Below are positions 20,491 to 30,535 of a stretch of 64,000 nt of DNA, piece by piece. Both the position numbers and the translations under genes were made by a program. The notes beneath the pieces are model-generated. The model had not been told where the DNA came from, ran no database searches, and saw only the letters and a program-made list of their open reading frames with translations. Source of the stretch: a virus; the IMG/VR virus record IMGVR_UViG_3300036770_006434, positions 126,672-190,671 of that record. The stretch is one strand, 5' to 3'. Position 1 is the stretch's first letter, and every line of letters begins with the position of its first letter.

Positions 20491-21609
20491 TTACCAGACT
20501 AGGGCGCAAAGACCCTTGCCATCAATGCCCACGCGACCTTCGCGCTTTTTAGCGTAGAAGCCGATTTCCTCGGCGCGGTTGCTGAACTGGTTATCTGCAA
20601 GGACGCGCATTTGTGAGCCATCGTCCGGATTGCTCTCGGACAGAACGGCCAGACTCTTGACGCGCTTGTTGACCGCATACACGACCTGCTCGGAGCCGGG
20701 CGAGAAAGCGACCGCAGTGCCGTTATTGTAACCGGCATACGTGCGGGCACCAGCCGCGCTGGCGAACAGGATGTTATACGTTTCGTTGATACCCATGTTA
20801 TACACGGTGACCAACTCCATGCCGTAGATCGAGGGGTTCGGAGCGGCGTAGATGTCGTCACGGAACTTGTCCGAACCCGGGATGCGGGTAACGGTGTTGC
20901 CAACCGTATTCAGGGGCTCGAACGCCATGTTGCGGATTTGCTCACCGAACTCCGGCGAACCGACCAGCGTGGTGATCGAACGCGAGGCACCGGCAGGCGT
21001 GCCGCCAACCCACGAGGAGTTGATGCGAGCCATGATGCGCTCAAGAGCGCTGATGTCCTGAGGGACAACCGTGCCCTGCGTTTTCGAGCGATACACCTGA
21101 TAGGTGTCCGTGCCACGCAGCTTGTAGGTCGTCTGGGCGGTCATGGTCGAGAGGATCGCGGCAGAGTTGACTTCCGTCTTGACGAGGAAGTTCTGGGCGA
21201 GATGCTCAAGATAGGCGGCCAGAACGTCCACGCGAGCGGCGCGGATGAAGTTCAGGGGCAGAGCGACGGCACCTTCGATGCCATAGGTCATGACCGGCAT
21301 CTCGGACACGTCAACGTTCGTGGAGGTCGCGAGACCACCCGGACGGGACTGCGCCCAAGTGCGGACGAAACCGGCGTCTTTGATGTCAAACAGCGGGGCC
21401 AGCGGGATCGTGCTCGGCGTGCCGTAGTCGTAGGTATAAGGGGTGAAGAGCTGCTGGAGAACCGGCGCGCTTTCAATCACCTGAAGGATGGGCTCGGTGA
21501 TGTAGGCCGCGAAAGCGTTGCGCGCTTTGATGGCTTCCATGATGTCATCCGACGCCATGGCGCGGAGAAGCGCCGCATTCTTTTTGGTCTTCTGGATTTC
21601 GATATTCAT
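20491..21609 (-). CDS. Major capsid protein (HK97 fold)
   Basis: 372 aa; AAAGGA Shine-Dalgarno; strongly biased codons; lies after protease/scaffold and decoration genes and before a strong terminator. Confidence 0.85.
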   Translation of the reverse strand: MNIEIQKTKKNAALLRAMASDDIMEAIKARNAFAAYITEPILQVIESAPVLQQLFTPYTYDYGTPSTIPLAPLFDIKDAGFVRTWAQSRPGGLATSTNVDVSEMPVMTYGIEGAVALPLNFIRAARVDVLAAYLEHLAQNFLVKTEVNSAAILSTMTAQTTYKLRGTDTYQVYRSKTQGTVVPQDISALERIMARINSSWVGGTPAGASRSITTLVGSPEFGEQIRNMAFEPLNTVGNTVTRIPGSDKFRDDIYAAPNPSIYGMELVTVYNMGINETYNILFASAAGARTYAGYNNGTAVAFSPGSEQVVYAVNKRVKSLAVLSESNPDDGSQMRVLADNQFSNRAEEIGFYAKKREGRVGIDGKGLCALVW

Positions 21610-21645
21610 TGTAGAGTATTTCCTTTCTTAGGGTAGAGGTTAGAG

Positions 21646-22323
21646 TTAGGCTTGGGGGCTGAACTCGAAGAACGCGTAACCGCCCTGAGCCGAGAACTCG
21701 TTAGCAACACCCGTGTTGGTGGAAGTCGGGAGGGACGACAGCCACTTGCCAACCACGCTGTTAGGCGTGTAGATGGACGTGAGAGTCGGGACTCCGGAAG
21801 CGCTGAAGAGCGTGCTGGTCGGTGCGATAGCGCCGAGCGTGCCGTTACCCGAGCGCGAGATAACCACGAGGTGGCCGGGCTGAGGAGCACCGAGCGACGT
21901 GTCGATGTAGTTACCCCAAACGCCGAGGATGGTGGCCTTGTTGATGATCGGCACGGTCTCGCCGGAAACCACGGCACCAATCTGCTTGGCGCGTTCCGGC
22001 ATATACTTCAGGGGCATGCCGTTTTCGTCGTATTCCAGCGTCGAGAGTTTCGTGATACCGAGAGCGTTGAAGCGGGTATCGCCCGAAGCGGTCGGGGTAA
22101 CCTTCCAAAGGGTCTCGTAGCGGAAGCTCTGGGCACCGTTGTAGTTGACACCAACCGGCGAAGAGCCGAACGCGTCAGTCTGGGTAGACTGCGGATTGGC
22201 CGTGCCGGTAACGATTTTGACGAGCTGGCCGGCGAGACCGGTGCCGTCCAACGAATAGAGCGACACTTGATCGTGCTCGCTGTAATCGTGGTAGGGGTGG
22301 AGGCGATTGCGAATAGTAGGCAT
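21646..22323 (-). CDS. Putative capsid decoration/stabilising protein
   Basis: 225-aa beta-rich ORF between protease and capsid genes; CAGGAG Shine-Dalgarno; highly expressed codon style. Confidence 0.55.
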   Translation of the reverse strand: MPTIRNRLHPYHDYSEHDQVSLYSLDGTGLAGQLVKIVTGTANPQSTQTDAFGSSPVGVNYNGAQSFRYETLWKVTPTASGDTRFNALGITKLSTLEYDENGMPLKYMPERAKQIGAVVSGETVPIINKATILGVWGNYIDTSLGAPQPGHLVVISRSGNGTLGAIAPTSTLFSASGVPTLTSIYTPNSVVGKWLSSLPTSTNTGVANEFSAQGGYAFFEFSPQA

Positions 22324-22367
22324 GTTTTATTTCTCCTGAAGAGATGGTTGTTCTTTGTTAAGAGGGA

Positions 22368-23048
22368 TTATTCTTGGGGTTCTTTGGCGGCCTTATCAGC
22401 GCGGCGGTCCTTGACGGAACGCCCACCAACCTTAATCGTGCCGTCAAACGCTTCGGCGAGGGCGGTCTTCAAATCGACCGCGACCTGAGCTTGACCGACC
22501 GGAATCTGGGTCTGGCCCGGGATTTCCGTGACGGAGGCGATGGCCTCGGCGACCGGGACTTCCTGCTTGGCGGCCATAGCGGGCTTGACCGGGGCTACGG
22601 GAGCCATGGCTTTGCCCTTTTTCTTGCCGCACATGAGTTTGCCCATTTTCTTCTGATAAGCGGCGAACGCTTCATCATCGGGCAGGCTCTGGAGGTCGGA
22701 AGCCAGCATTTGGCGGTCTTCGTCATCCAGATCGAACTCTTCGTCAAAAGCGGCCATGCGCTCTTGGAATTTTTGGGTGGCTTCGGCGGCGGCCTGAGAC
22801 GACTTCAGGTCCTCAACCTCTTTCTTGACGCCGTCAAGCGAGGCTTGCAGTTCGCTCGCGCGCTGCTCGGCTTCGGCCTTGGCTTTTTCGAGATTTTGGA
22901 CGATGTTCTTTTCGGCCGCGAGTTTTTGCTCCCAATCGGAAGTGCCTTTTTGAATGGCGTTGACAAAGTCTTCCACAGCGGCGACGGATTCCATTTTGCG
23001 GAGTTCCGGCCAGAGGGACTTGAGTTGATCCAGTGATTCGATCTTCAT
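22368..23048 (-). CDS. Nested in-frame scaffold protein (internal start MKIESLDQL)
   Basis: In-frame ATG at 23048 begins the coiled-coil domain, 16 nt downstream of a GTGTAAC motif like those before other late genes. Confidence 0.55.
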   Translation of the reverse strand: MKIESLDQLKSLWPELRKMESVAAVEDFVNAIQKGTSDWEQKLAAEKNIVQNLEKAKAEAEQRASELQASLDGVKKEVEDLKSSQAAAEATQKFQERMAAFDEEFDLDDEDRQMLASDLQSLPDDEAFAAYQKKMGKLMCGKKKGKAMAPVAPVKPAMAAKQEVPVAEAIASVTEIPGQTQIPVGQAQVAVDLKTALAEAFDGTIKVGGRSVKDRRADKAAKEPQE

Positions 23049-24089
23049 AGTGGCGGTATTGAGGGTTACACAGGTTTTCTGTTCGGTTATGATTTTTTCT
23101 TCTACTTTTTCAGCAGAGGCATTTGACTCTTGACTGTTTTTTGGCGCGATTTGTGCGTTTGATTCGGATGCAGCGGCAGCGGTTTCAGAGGGGGTTGAGG
23201 CATCGGATTTTTCCTTGATTTCTTCGTTTTCATCGTCTTCTTCATCCTCCATTTCTTCCTCGTGATTTTTGTCTTTGCACTGACAATTTTCGCACTTGCA
23301 ATCGGGGCAGCATTTTTCCGTTTCTTCTTCCGCCTTAACGAGTTGGGTAACTGGCAAAATTCCTTTGACGGGAGCGGCGGGATTTTGCACAATGGAATAA
23401 CCCAAAATAATTGCGTCTCCTTCGATGATGCGGAAAACTTCTTCGCCCTCTGTCGTCTTGCCGTTGCCGCCATTGCAGCGGAGTCTCTTCTCGTAATCAC
23501 GGAACTCGGCGTCAGATTCCGTGTAAATCTTTGCGTCCCAAAGATTTTTGGAGCCAACTCCAATGGAATATTCATTGAAGGCGATCTCCCAAGACATGGA
23601 CAACGCATCTGTATCCAGAGAGTCGCCGGTTTTCGTAATATACTTGGCGAGCAGCGGTTGAACCGCTTTCCACAGGACTCCCGCGAAAGACATATTGAAG
23701 GGCTCCTGTAGATTGGCCGCCTCTTCATTGGTCAGTATCCGATGATCATCCAAGGTTGTCAGGGCCGGGAAAAGGACTACGCCCACGACCTTGGCTTTGT
23801 CATGGTCCGTCGAGATATACTTGTGCTTGGCTGTAGCATGAATCTCTATCGCCTTCTTGGCGGTAATACCGTCGCCGTTCTTGTTGATAAGGCCGCCGAC
23901 CGCGCCGTCTGACGAGATGTAGAGGAGGTCCGGGTCATTCTCCGGGTTCACGTCCGGCGGCAAAATCCCCTTGAGAGGAGCTAGCGACGCTTTGGCCACG
24001 AATCTGTCGGTATCCGTGATGGCCGCGACCTTCGCGGTAGACGTAAAAACAGACGTGTAACGGTAAGAATTGGTCTTGGAACTTGGCAT
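22368..24089 (-). CDS. Prohead protease fused to scaffold
   Basis: N-terminal NKNGDGI...TDHD...SMSWEI...GYSIVQNPAAPVKG protease-like motifs; acidic linker; C-terminal coiled coil. Confidence 0.8.
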   Translation of the reverse strand: MPSSKTNSYRYTSVFTSTAKVAAITDTDRFVAKASLAPLKGILPPDVNPENDPDLLYISSDGAVGGLINKNGDGITAKKAIEIHATAKHKYISTDHDKAKVVGVVLFPALTTLDDHRILTNEEAANLQEPFNMSFAGVLWKAVQPLLAKYITKTGDSLDTDALSMSWEIAFNEYSIGVGSKNLWDAKIYTESDAEFRDYEKRLRCNGGNGKTTEGEEVFRIIEGDAIILGYSIVQNPAAPVKGILPVTQLVKAEEETEKCCPDCKCENCQCKDKNHEEEMEDEEDDENEEIKEKSDASTPSETAAAASESNAQIAPKNSQESNASAEKVEEKIITEQKTCVTLNTATMKIESLDQLKSLWPELRKMESVAAVEDFVNAIQKGTSDWEQKLAAEKNIVQNLEKAKAEAEQRASELQASLDGVKKEVEDLKSSQAAAEATQKFQERMAAFDEEFDLDDEDRQMLASDLQSLPDDEAFAAYQKKMGKLMCGKKKGKAMAPVAPVKPAMAAKQEVPVAEAIASVTEIPGQTQIPVGQAQVAVDLKTALAEAFDGTIKVGGRSVKDRRADKAAKEPQE

Positions 24090-24123
24090 GCCTAATCGGG
24101 TTACACGTAAAATAGACCTGATT

Positions 24124-24411
24124 TCACAGGAGTCTGAGAACTTCCTGATAGTTGAAAGCGGTCAGTTTTGCGCTGTTGGTCCCGGCTATTTCAACGGTTA
24201 ACACACCCATTTCCTCTGGGGTAACTATATCGTCCACAAAATCCCAGATACCGTAGCGGCGGAACCAGACCGAGTAATGGTCCCGCATATCCTCCGGGCT
24301 TATCGCCAAAACATCGTATTTCCTAAACGTCTTGGAGAATAGGCAGACATCCCGAAATATAGTCGGGCTGGACGGAGGGGCCGACAATTCGGCGGCGATG
24401 CCGAGGATCAT
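24124..24411 (-). CDS. Hypothetical protein
   Basis: 95-aa ORF filling the gap in the head operon. Confidence 0.55.
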   Translation of the reverse strand: MILGIAAELSAPPSSPTIFRDVCLFSKTFRKYDVLAISPEDMRDHYSVWFRRYGIWDFVDDIVTPEEMGVLTVEIAGTNSAKLTAFNYQEVLRLL

Positions 24412-24425
24412 GTTTTGTCCAGATT

Positions 24426-26546
24426 TTACTGGTCTTCTCGGGTGTTGAGAGAAATGGAAACGAAGTTAGCGGTAGAGGAGGCCGTTCTTGCGGCGGCCGT
24501 TACCCATTCTCCGGGCTGTAAATCAAACCCCAGCTCGTTGATGTCGATAGACTCTTGGCCCAATTCGGCAATGGATATGGAGAACAAGAGCTGAGAATTG
24601 TCCCTGATAGTCGCCGTGGTCGCAGAGTTGTCGTATAAAGCACAGGAGTTTGTCGAGTATTGCGAAAAATTGGGGTTTCCCGCAAGATCGGCGTTTTTAA
24701 GCAGATAAATTGTAACCGGCTGAGTATGTTTGACGCTGGCGTTAAGGTTGATCAGATTGATGACGCACTGATTTGTTTTACCCTTGAAAGTGAGGGAGTT
24801 TTTGATTGTAAACAGCGCCCTAAAGGCGGACGCAGTGACCGCCGAAGATGATTCTTGATATGTGAATGGGGGTCCATTCAGCTTTTTCTGCCCTTCGATA
24901 AATCCGGCGAAAGACGCTGTGGATAACTCCAGATTGGTCGTGCTTCCGTAGGAATAGGCAGATGCCGTAAAGGGGAACGACGGATTCCTGAAGTTTGGAG
25001 CCGTATTATTGTTGGGATACCTTACCGTGTGGACGCTGACCCAATCGGCGTTGTTCCCATTTGCGGCAGACTCAATCTGAAAATTCAAGATACCGTAACC
25101 CAGAAACTGATAGCCGATTTGATATACGTTACCCTTTGTGGTATCGAGGGTTACGGCACTATACCCGGTGCCGTTCATGGTGTCGCCATTCCATTGCGAT
25201 TGAGGCGTCCAGTTTTCTATGGCCAAAACTCCCGAGCGCGTTTCCGAGAAAGTGCCGGCGGCATTTGTAGATAGACCGCTGAACAGGAACGGGGCATTTT
25301 GGGGACCTGCGGCACCAGCCAAAAACACCACGCCGGACCCAACGGACTGCGCGGTCCAACCAGTGTAGATTCCGGTCGAAATCTCGTATGCAGTTCTGAG
25401 GGTATTGGCAGAATTGCTGAGTTGAATCGTGTGCGGGACGTTGTTCAACACAATCGTGGCGTTGCCGGCCACCGTTGCAGAAGCCGAAAGAGTGAGGGTT
25501 TGGACTTCCCGCACACCCGCTCGGGCATGAAGAATACCGAAGTTTTGACCGCTATATCCGAAATAGATTCCATCTTCCGCGTGACCTATGCCGGCGACTT
25601 GGAACGAGTTAGCCACACCCGATGTGAATTTCGCTGTAAACCGCGCGACTGCACCCTGACCGGGTCGGTAACGAAGTCTCTTTCTGGACTGAAGGGTAGC
25701 GTTGCCGCCAACGGACGTGTTTGTCCTCATGACAAACTGTGCGTTTTCCTCGACTATCACGCCGCCAAGTCCGGTGGTTGCCCTGACCAAAATATCGTTT
25801 ATTCCATAAACCGCATCGACTTGGAATATGGGCAAAAGATTCTCTGTATGGACCGAGCCAAAGGGGTTGATAGGACCATGGATGGCCGCCTCCAAATGCC
25901 CCTCATTTGTAACGGGCACATTCACGTATGAACCGTTTTCCACGCTACCCATCAGAACGCTTCTGGTAACCGTGGCGTCTGCGTCGGGCTGGACGCGGCT
26001 ATTCAGCGTAGATGTAAGGATATTTTGAGAGCCAAAAAGAGTGGTAAGTCTCAGATAACCTTGATCATTTGAACCATTTGTATACACGGTTCGGTAGTAT
26101 GGACGCGTGATAGACAGGCGATGGACCTCGTTGACGCCCGATTCTACTGTAAAACTCAGGGAACTGTCCCAGTTCACAGCATCCGGCGAGAACTGCATGT
26201 GCAATGTCCCGTCCGCATCCGATTTCGCCGCCACAATGACAGAAGAGTATTTCGATATGCTCTCGGATTCCCCGGTCCAAGCCTGATTGGACAAAAGCGC
26301 TCCGGTCGTATTGTTGAAAGACGAAACTGTGTTTACAGGAACTCCGGCCCCGCTTATCGCGAGGCTTAGCCCCTCCACGCCGACATCGCTGATTCTAAGC
26401 GGTCGAAACGCTCCGGTAGACGTGTTGCCGGCGGCGTTCTCCCAGACCAGACCGGTGTCATGAACATATTGTATTCCCGGCGCGATTCGCTGGAATCCTA
26501 TAACGCTCTGGAAAAAGGGGAGTTCAGGGCTGGATATATTGGACAT
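24426..26546 (-). CDS. Virion structural protein with lectin/ConA-like beta domains
   Basis: 706 aa, Ser/Thr/Gly/Asn-rich; SRKRLRYRPGQG...GIYFG...QSQWNGD...GNVYQIGYQFLGYG segment typical of large-phage virion proteins. Confidence 0.65.
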   Translation of the reverse strand: MSNISSPELPFFQSVIGFQRIAPGIQYVHDTGLVWENAAGNTSTGAFRPLRISDVGVEGLSLAISGAGVPVNTVSSFNNTTGALLSNQAWTGESESISKYSSVIVAAKSDADGTLHMQFSPDAVNWDSSLSFTVESGVNEVHRLSITRPYYRTVYTNGSNDQGYLRLTTLFGSQNILTSTLNSRVQPDADATVTRSVLMGSVENGSYVNVPVTNEGHLEAAIHGPINPFGSVHTENLLPIFQVDAVYGINDILVRATTGLGGVIVEENAQFVMRTNTSVGGNATLQSRKRLRYRPGQGAVARFTAKFTSGVANSFQVAGIGHAEDGIYFGYSGQNFGILHARAGVREVQTLTLSASATVAGNATIVLNNVPHTIQLSNSANTLRTAYEISTGIYTGWTAQSVGSGVVFLAGAAGPQNAPFLFSGLSTNAAGTFSETRSGVLAIENWTPQSQWNGDTMNGTGYSAVTLDTTKGNVYQIGYQFLGYGILNFQIESAANGNNADWVSVHTVRYPNNNTAPNFRNPSFPFTASAYSYGSTTNLELSTASFAGFIEGQKKLNGPPFTYQESSSAVTASAFRALFTIKNSLTFKGKTNQCVINLINLNASVKHTQPVTIYLLKNADLAGNPNFSQYSTNSCALYDNSATTATIRDNSQLLFSISIAELGQESIDINELGFDLQPGEWVTAAARTASSTANFVSISLNTREDQ

Positions 26547-26560
26547 AAAATGAAAGCCTC

Positions 26561-28576
26561 TTACTTAGGCGCTTCCGTCCTACAGTGCCGCAGGATAGCG
26601 GCGTCCACGAAATCCACCTGATAAGACTCGGCGATCTCATCAATCTCCCGACCGATTTCCAACGAGATGGCGGGCGGATTTTCTACGGCAGACGCTACGG
26701 ATTCTCTCCATTTCGCCGGAGGAACGGTAGCTATGATATTGTTGACCAATAACTTGCAGGCGTTGCTCTGGACTTCGTTCAATCCACCCTTGACCTTGAA
26801 ACGCTTTTTCAAAGCACCGGCAACCGACTCGGATAAATTGCCGTATTCCTTGAGAAATACGGTATAGTTTTTGAGCGAGAAAGCATCCGAAGCCCGGCTT
26901 GTCCCGATGGGTGACGCCTTTCTGGTGCCGGACTGCTTGATTCCGCTCGTGCCAGCGGGGCGACCATTCGCGGCAGGACCGCCGCCGCCCTCTTCGTCGT
27001 CTTGTTTCCCGCCAATCAAAGGATTGTAATACCCGTCTTCGCGCGCTTTTTTGTATTCCTTCTGGCCATTGCGCATTTCATTTACGTTCGGAAGGACCTG
27101 AGTTTGAATGGCTTCAACCACCTGTTCGGCGGTAAGGATGCCGAGCTGACCGAGCTGTGTATAAATCCGGGACATCACCGCTTCATCCTGCAAGTCAATG
27201 GGTTGGAACCCGATTTCTGGAACTGTCCTAAAATTCATAGTCTCGCAGATTTTCTTGATTTCCGGCATGAGGAAATCGTTCAGGAATCTGTTCTGCCCCT
27301 CCTCCAGTCGTTGGATGAAGATTTTAGCCTTCATCTGGGCATTGGCGAATTTATCGTTACCAGAGAGGATGGATTGCAGCCCTTCTCGGATATCATTGTC
27401 CACGACCTGATACTTTTCAGGTCCAAGAATCTCTTGGATCGGGGGGACCAGCCACTGGCCCTTGACCGTATAGTCAGCTACCAGCACACGGCCAACCGTC
27501 TGGTTATTCATCAGCGACTGGACGCGCGCGATATTGTTCTGATTGATGCCGTTGCCGCCGTTATACTGATTCGGCGCTTCACCCATCGTGATCAGAAGGA
27601 TGGCGTGCTCAATGGTCCGCGCCAGAGCCTTGTCCATCTTGGTTAAAGTCAGTTTCCACTCCACATCCGGGAGAACCGGCCAGACCATTGGAACTGCCAG
27701 CGGCTCATAGTCCTGTTTTTTGTAGAAAAAGAACCGCAGTCTCTTGGGGTCCATTTGCAGGTATACGCCCATAGGATTGGTGGCACCGTATTTGATCTGT
27801 TCTTTGGCTTCGGGCGGCAAATCCTTGTAAACCTGCTTGTCCTGCTCCGTCACAGGATTGCGCAGGCGCTCGCATTCATACGTGGAAAGGAGCCGCACAT
27901 AGGTATACGGGAAACTCAGACCGGATGGAACGAAGACGTTTGACGGGTTTAGCAGTTCATATCGGATTGGAACCCGATTCGCTTTTGCGCCATACGTGGC
28001 CCTAAAATTGTCGTAATAAGCAGGGCCGAATTGACCGTCAAAACGGTAAAGGAACACGTTCCCGGAGCGGTAATATTCGCGCAGAGCCTGTTCCGTTAAC
28101 TTGTTCATCTGCACGGCCTTAAACCACTCTTGGAAGAAGGTTTTGACCGTCTGGTTCTCGGACTTGACGAAAAGCGGCTGGGTGCTGAACTCCACTGCCA
28201 CCTCTATGGCGTTCCTGATGATCGCGATGCCTGCCCAAGCCTTGGCACAAAGGTTGATAGCGTCCGTGGCCCCGGCATATTCCCTGCCGCCCGTGAACCC
28301 GATATACGGAGACGGCATGGCGTTGATGTTTTGGAATGCCCCCGCGTCGGAAATGGAGCTGTTAAGCTGGCGGCCACGATAGACCGTCTGAGAAGCGCCC
28401 CCAGAGGAGTCTGCGGCAAGCGCCACTTCACCGCCGTAGTTGATTTCAGGAAAAGGCGTGGGATTCACCGAAGCACTGGACTGGGCAACGGGATGGTTGA
28501 TATTGAAAACCGGCGGCTGAGCGGCGATTTTCCGAGCATCCCAATACGAAGAGGACTTGGTGTATTTTCTTGGCAT
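26561..28576 (-). CDS. Portal protein
   Basis: 671 aa directly after the terminase; IIRNAIEVAVEF...REYYRSGNVFLY...LAVPMVWPVL portal-like pattern. Confidence 0.8.
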   Translation of the reverse strand: MPRKYTKSSSYWDARKIAAQPPVFNINHPVAQSSASVNPTPFPEINYGGEVALAADSSGGASQTVYRGRQLNSSISDAGAFQNINAMPSPYIGFTGGREYAGATDAINLCAKAWAGIAIIRNAIEVAVEFSTQPLFVKSENQTVKTFFQEWFKAVQMNKLTEQALREYYRSGNVFLYRFDGQFGPAYYDNFRATYGAKANRVPIRYELLNPSNVFVPSGLSFPYTYVRLLSTYECERLRNPVTEQDKQVYKDLPPEAKEQIKYGATNPMGVYLQMDPKRLRFFFYKKQDYEPLAVPMVWPVLPDVEWKLTLTKMDKALARTIEHAILLITMGEAPNQYNGGNGINQNNIARVQSLMNNQTVGRVLVADYTVKGQWLVPPIQEILGPEKYQVVDNDIREGLQSILSGNDKFANAQMKAKIFIQRLEEGQNRFLNDFLMPEIKKICETMNFRTVPEIGFQPIDLQDEAVMSRIYTQLGQLGILTAEQVVEAIQTQVLPNVNEMRNGQKEYKKAREDGYYNPLIGGKQDDEEGGGGPAANGRPAGTSGIKQSGTRKASPIGTSRASDAFSLKNYTVFLKEYGNLSESVAGALKKRFKVKGGLNEVQSNACKLLVNNIIATVPPAKWRESVASAVENPPAISLEIGREIDEIAESYQVDFVDAAILRHCRTEAPK

Positions 28577-28639
28577 TCTACTTTGGTGGGTTACACGAAA
28601 TACAGAGGTGTTTTCCGGTAAAAGTGGAATATTTGACTT

Positions 28640-30535
28640 TTACCCGACGAAAGCGTATGGGAACTCTACCGGGCCGGTTTTGATCTCCATGGCCATGGCT
28701 TCGGTATACATTTTGACACACCAGTTGGCGATCAGCAAAGCGCTGTAACTGTCTTTGCGGACGCGAGTTGGGCCAGTGGTCCGGCGCAGGTTTTGCGGCA
28801 GCTCAAACCCCATGGTGCCAAGGGTCGATATCTTCACCTGAATCAGAGCGCACTCCTTCTTTGTCAAATCCACGAGAAAGTCCTGATTCGATATAAACTC
28901 CGATGCAGTAGTTTCCTTAAAGTCTTCATGACCAGATAGGATGGACAAGTCCAGACTCATAGCCCGACTGACGGACGAGCCATGGGCAGCTATCTTGCCG
29001 CCGAACAGGATGTTTTTGTGGTCAAAACAGGACTGGAGGTATTCATTGGAGGACCTCTGCCACTCAGAAGAGAACGGCTGCTTTTGGACTATCTTGCCGG
29101 CGGTCTTGTTGTAGCCCCGGCGAATCTCGGTAACCACCTCATTGAAGGTGTGCTTCTTGAAATCGGCTCCTATGTCCAATAGCTTTATATCACTGTCCTG
29201 AAACAGTTTAGACTGGTTGCAGGAATTGATAAACTCCAACTCATCGCCGCCCGACGCGTCTACCCCAATATACACGATATTGAAATTTTTCATCAGGTAA
29301 AAGAGATACAGCATGTGGTCCTTCAGATTGCCGCCGGCCACCGCGTAAGAGTGGACGACCATGCCGATTTTTTTGCCATCCGTCGCGCGCGTGACCACTT
29401 TCATCAGGCACATGGCGAAATGGTCTGAAGACTCTGATCCAGAAAGACTTTGGTCAATGCCAAGGACGTATTCAGCCTTCTCTTCTCCGGTCAATTCCAG
29501 ACACGGCGCTTCCCCATCCGGTATAGTGCATTCTTGCATCTTTGAAGCGCGGTAAAACCCGTCCGAGTCATTGGTAAATTGAGCGCCATACTCACGATTG
29601 AACATGGACTCGGAAGTCTCGCGCTTGGCAGCCATGATTTCCTCCATGTCCAGAAGTCCGGCAGGCGCGGCCTCCCAAGATAGTCGCGAAACGAAGTAGC
29701 CGCGACCGGCGGCCTTGAATTCATCGTATTTCACCTTGTCTCTGACCGGGTCCAGCATGAGGATGTCGGTCCAGCTCTTGTATTGGCGGTATAGATGCTC
29801 AAACTGGTAAGACGCGGAGGACAGGAAGATGACCTTTTTGCGGTCATCCACGATGGTCCTATCCTTCTCGCTCATAAGTCCTTGCGCGATCATCTCGCTT
29901 TCCCTTTCGTCCACCTGTCTCTGTTCCGTGATCTTGTTTTTGGACGCAAGGAACGGCCTTAGAATCTCGGCGATGATGTTTTCCGGCAGGAACGCGAACT
30001 CGTCCACGATCAGAACGTCAGCGCGAACGCCACGGATGGACCGACCGTCGCCAAGGGGCAGACATCGGATGACCGCGCCGTTGGGGACCTGCAAAATGTA
30101 TTCATCCGTCTTGGTCCTGAGATCGTCCGGGAAGCAGGCTCGCAAAAGCCCGGCGCTTTCCTGCTTGATCAGTTTGGCGCACAATTCCAGAATCGCGCGG
30201 CTTTGGCGAAACGAGTAAGAGGCTATTACTATACGGGCGTTTGGATTGAATATGGCCCAATACAGGGCGAAGGTGCTGACGGAATAGCTTTTTGAAAGTC
30301 CGCGTCCCCAAACCCCGAGATTATAATCATTTCTGGCCCAGCCTTTTATGATGATTTCTTGGAACGGGAAGAGTTTGATTCCGCCCAGAATGTCCATCAA
30401 AAACGCGGGGTTGTGATACAGGAACTCCGCCAATGTTGCCTTAGCTTCCTCGTCACTAAGGTCGCCTTCCAGAGCAGAAAATTCAGCAAAGACATTTTTT
30501 ATAGGACGAACGTTATTGATGCCAAGTTCTATCAT
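28640..30535 (-). CDS. terL: Terminase large subunit
   Basis: Walker A GRGLSKS, GDGRSIRGVRADVLIVDEFAF Walker B, FLSSA motif III, FNREYGAQF, nuclease VLGIDQS and KDSYSAL. Confidence 0.93.
   Translation of the reverse strand: MIELGINNVRPIKNVFAEFSALEGDLSDEEAKATLAEFLYHNPAFLMDILGGIKLFPFQEIIIKGWARNDYNLGVWGRGLSKSYSVSTFALYWAIFNPNARIVIASYSFRQSRAILELCAKLIKQESAGLLRACFPDDLRTKTDEYILQVPNGAVIRCLPLGDGRSIRGVRADVLIVDEFAFLPENIIAEILRPFLASKNKITEQRQVDERESEMIAQGLMSEKDRTIVDDRKKVIFLSSASYQFEHLYRQYKSWTDILMLDPVRDKVKYDEFKAAGRGYFVSRLSWEAAPAGLLDMEEIMAAKRETSESMFNREYGAQFTNDSDGFYRASKMQECTIPDGEAPCLELTGEEKAEYVLGIDQSLSGSESSDHFAMCLMKVVTRATDGKKIGMVVHSYAVAGGNLKDHMLYLFYLMKNFNIVYIGVDASGGDELEFINSCNQSKLFQDSDIKLLDIGADFKKHTFNEVVTEIRRGYNKTAGKIVQKQPFSSEWQRSSNEYLQSCFDHKNILFGGKIAAHGSSVSRAMSLDLSILSGHEDFKETTASEFISNQDFLVDLTKKECALIQVKISTLGTMGFELPQNLRRTTGPTRVRKDSYSALLIANWCVKMYTEAMAMEIKTGPVEFPYAFVG

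Noticed and set aside
20938-23036. Long + strand ORFs (20938..21636, 21652..22488, 22374..23036)
   Set aside because: Antisense shadows of highly biased capsid, decoration and scaffold genes; no recognisable motifs
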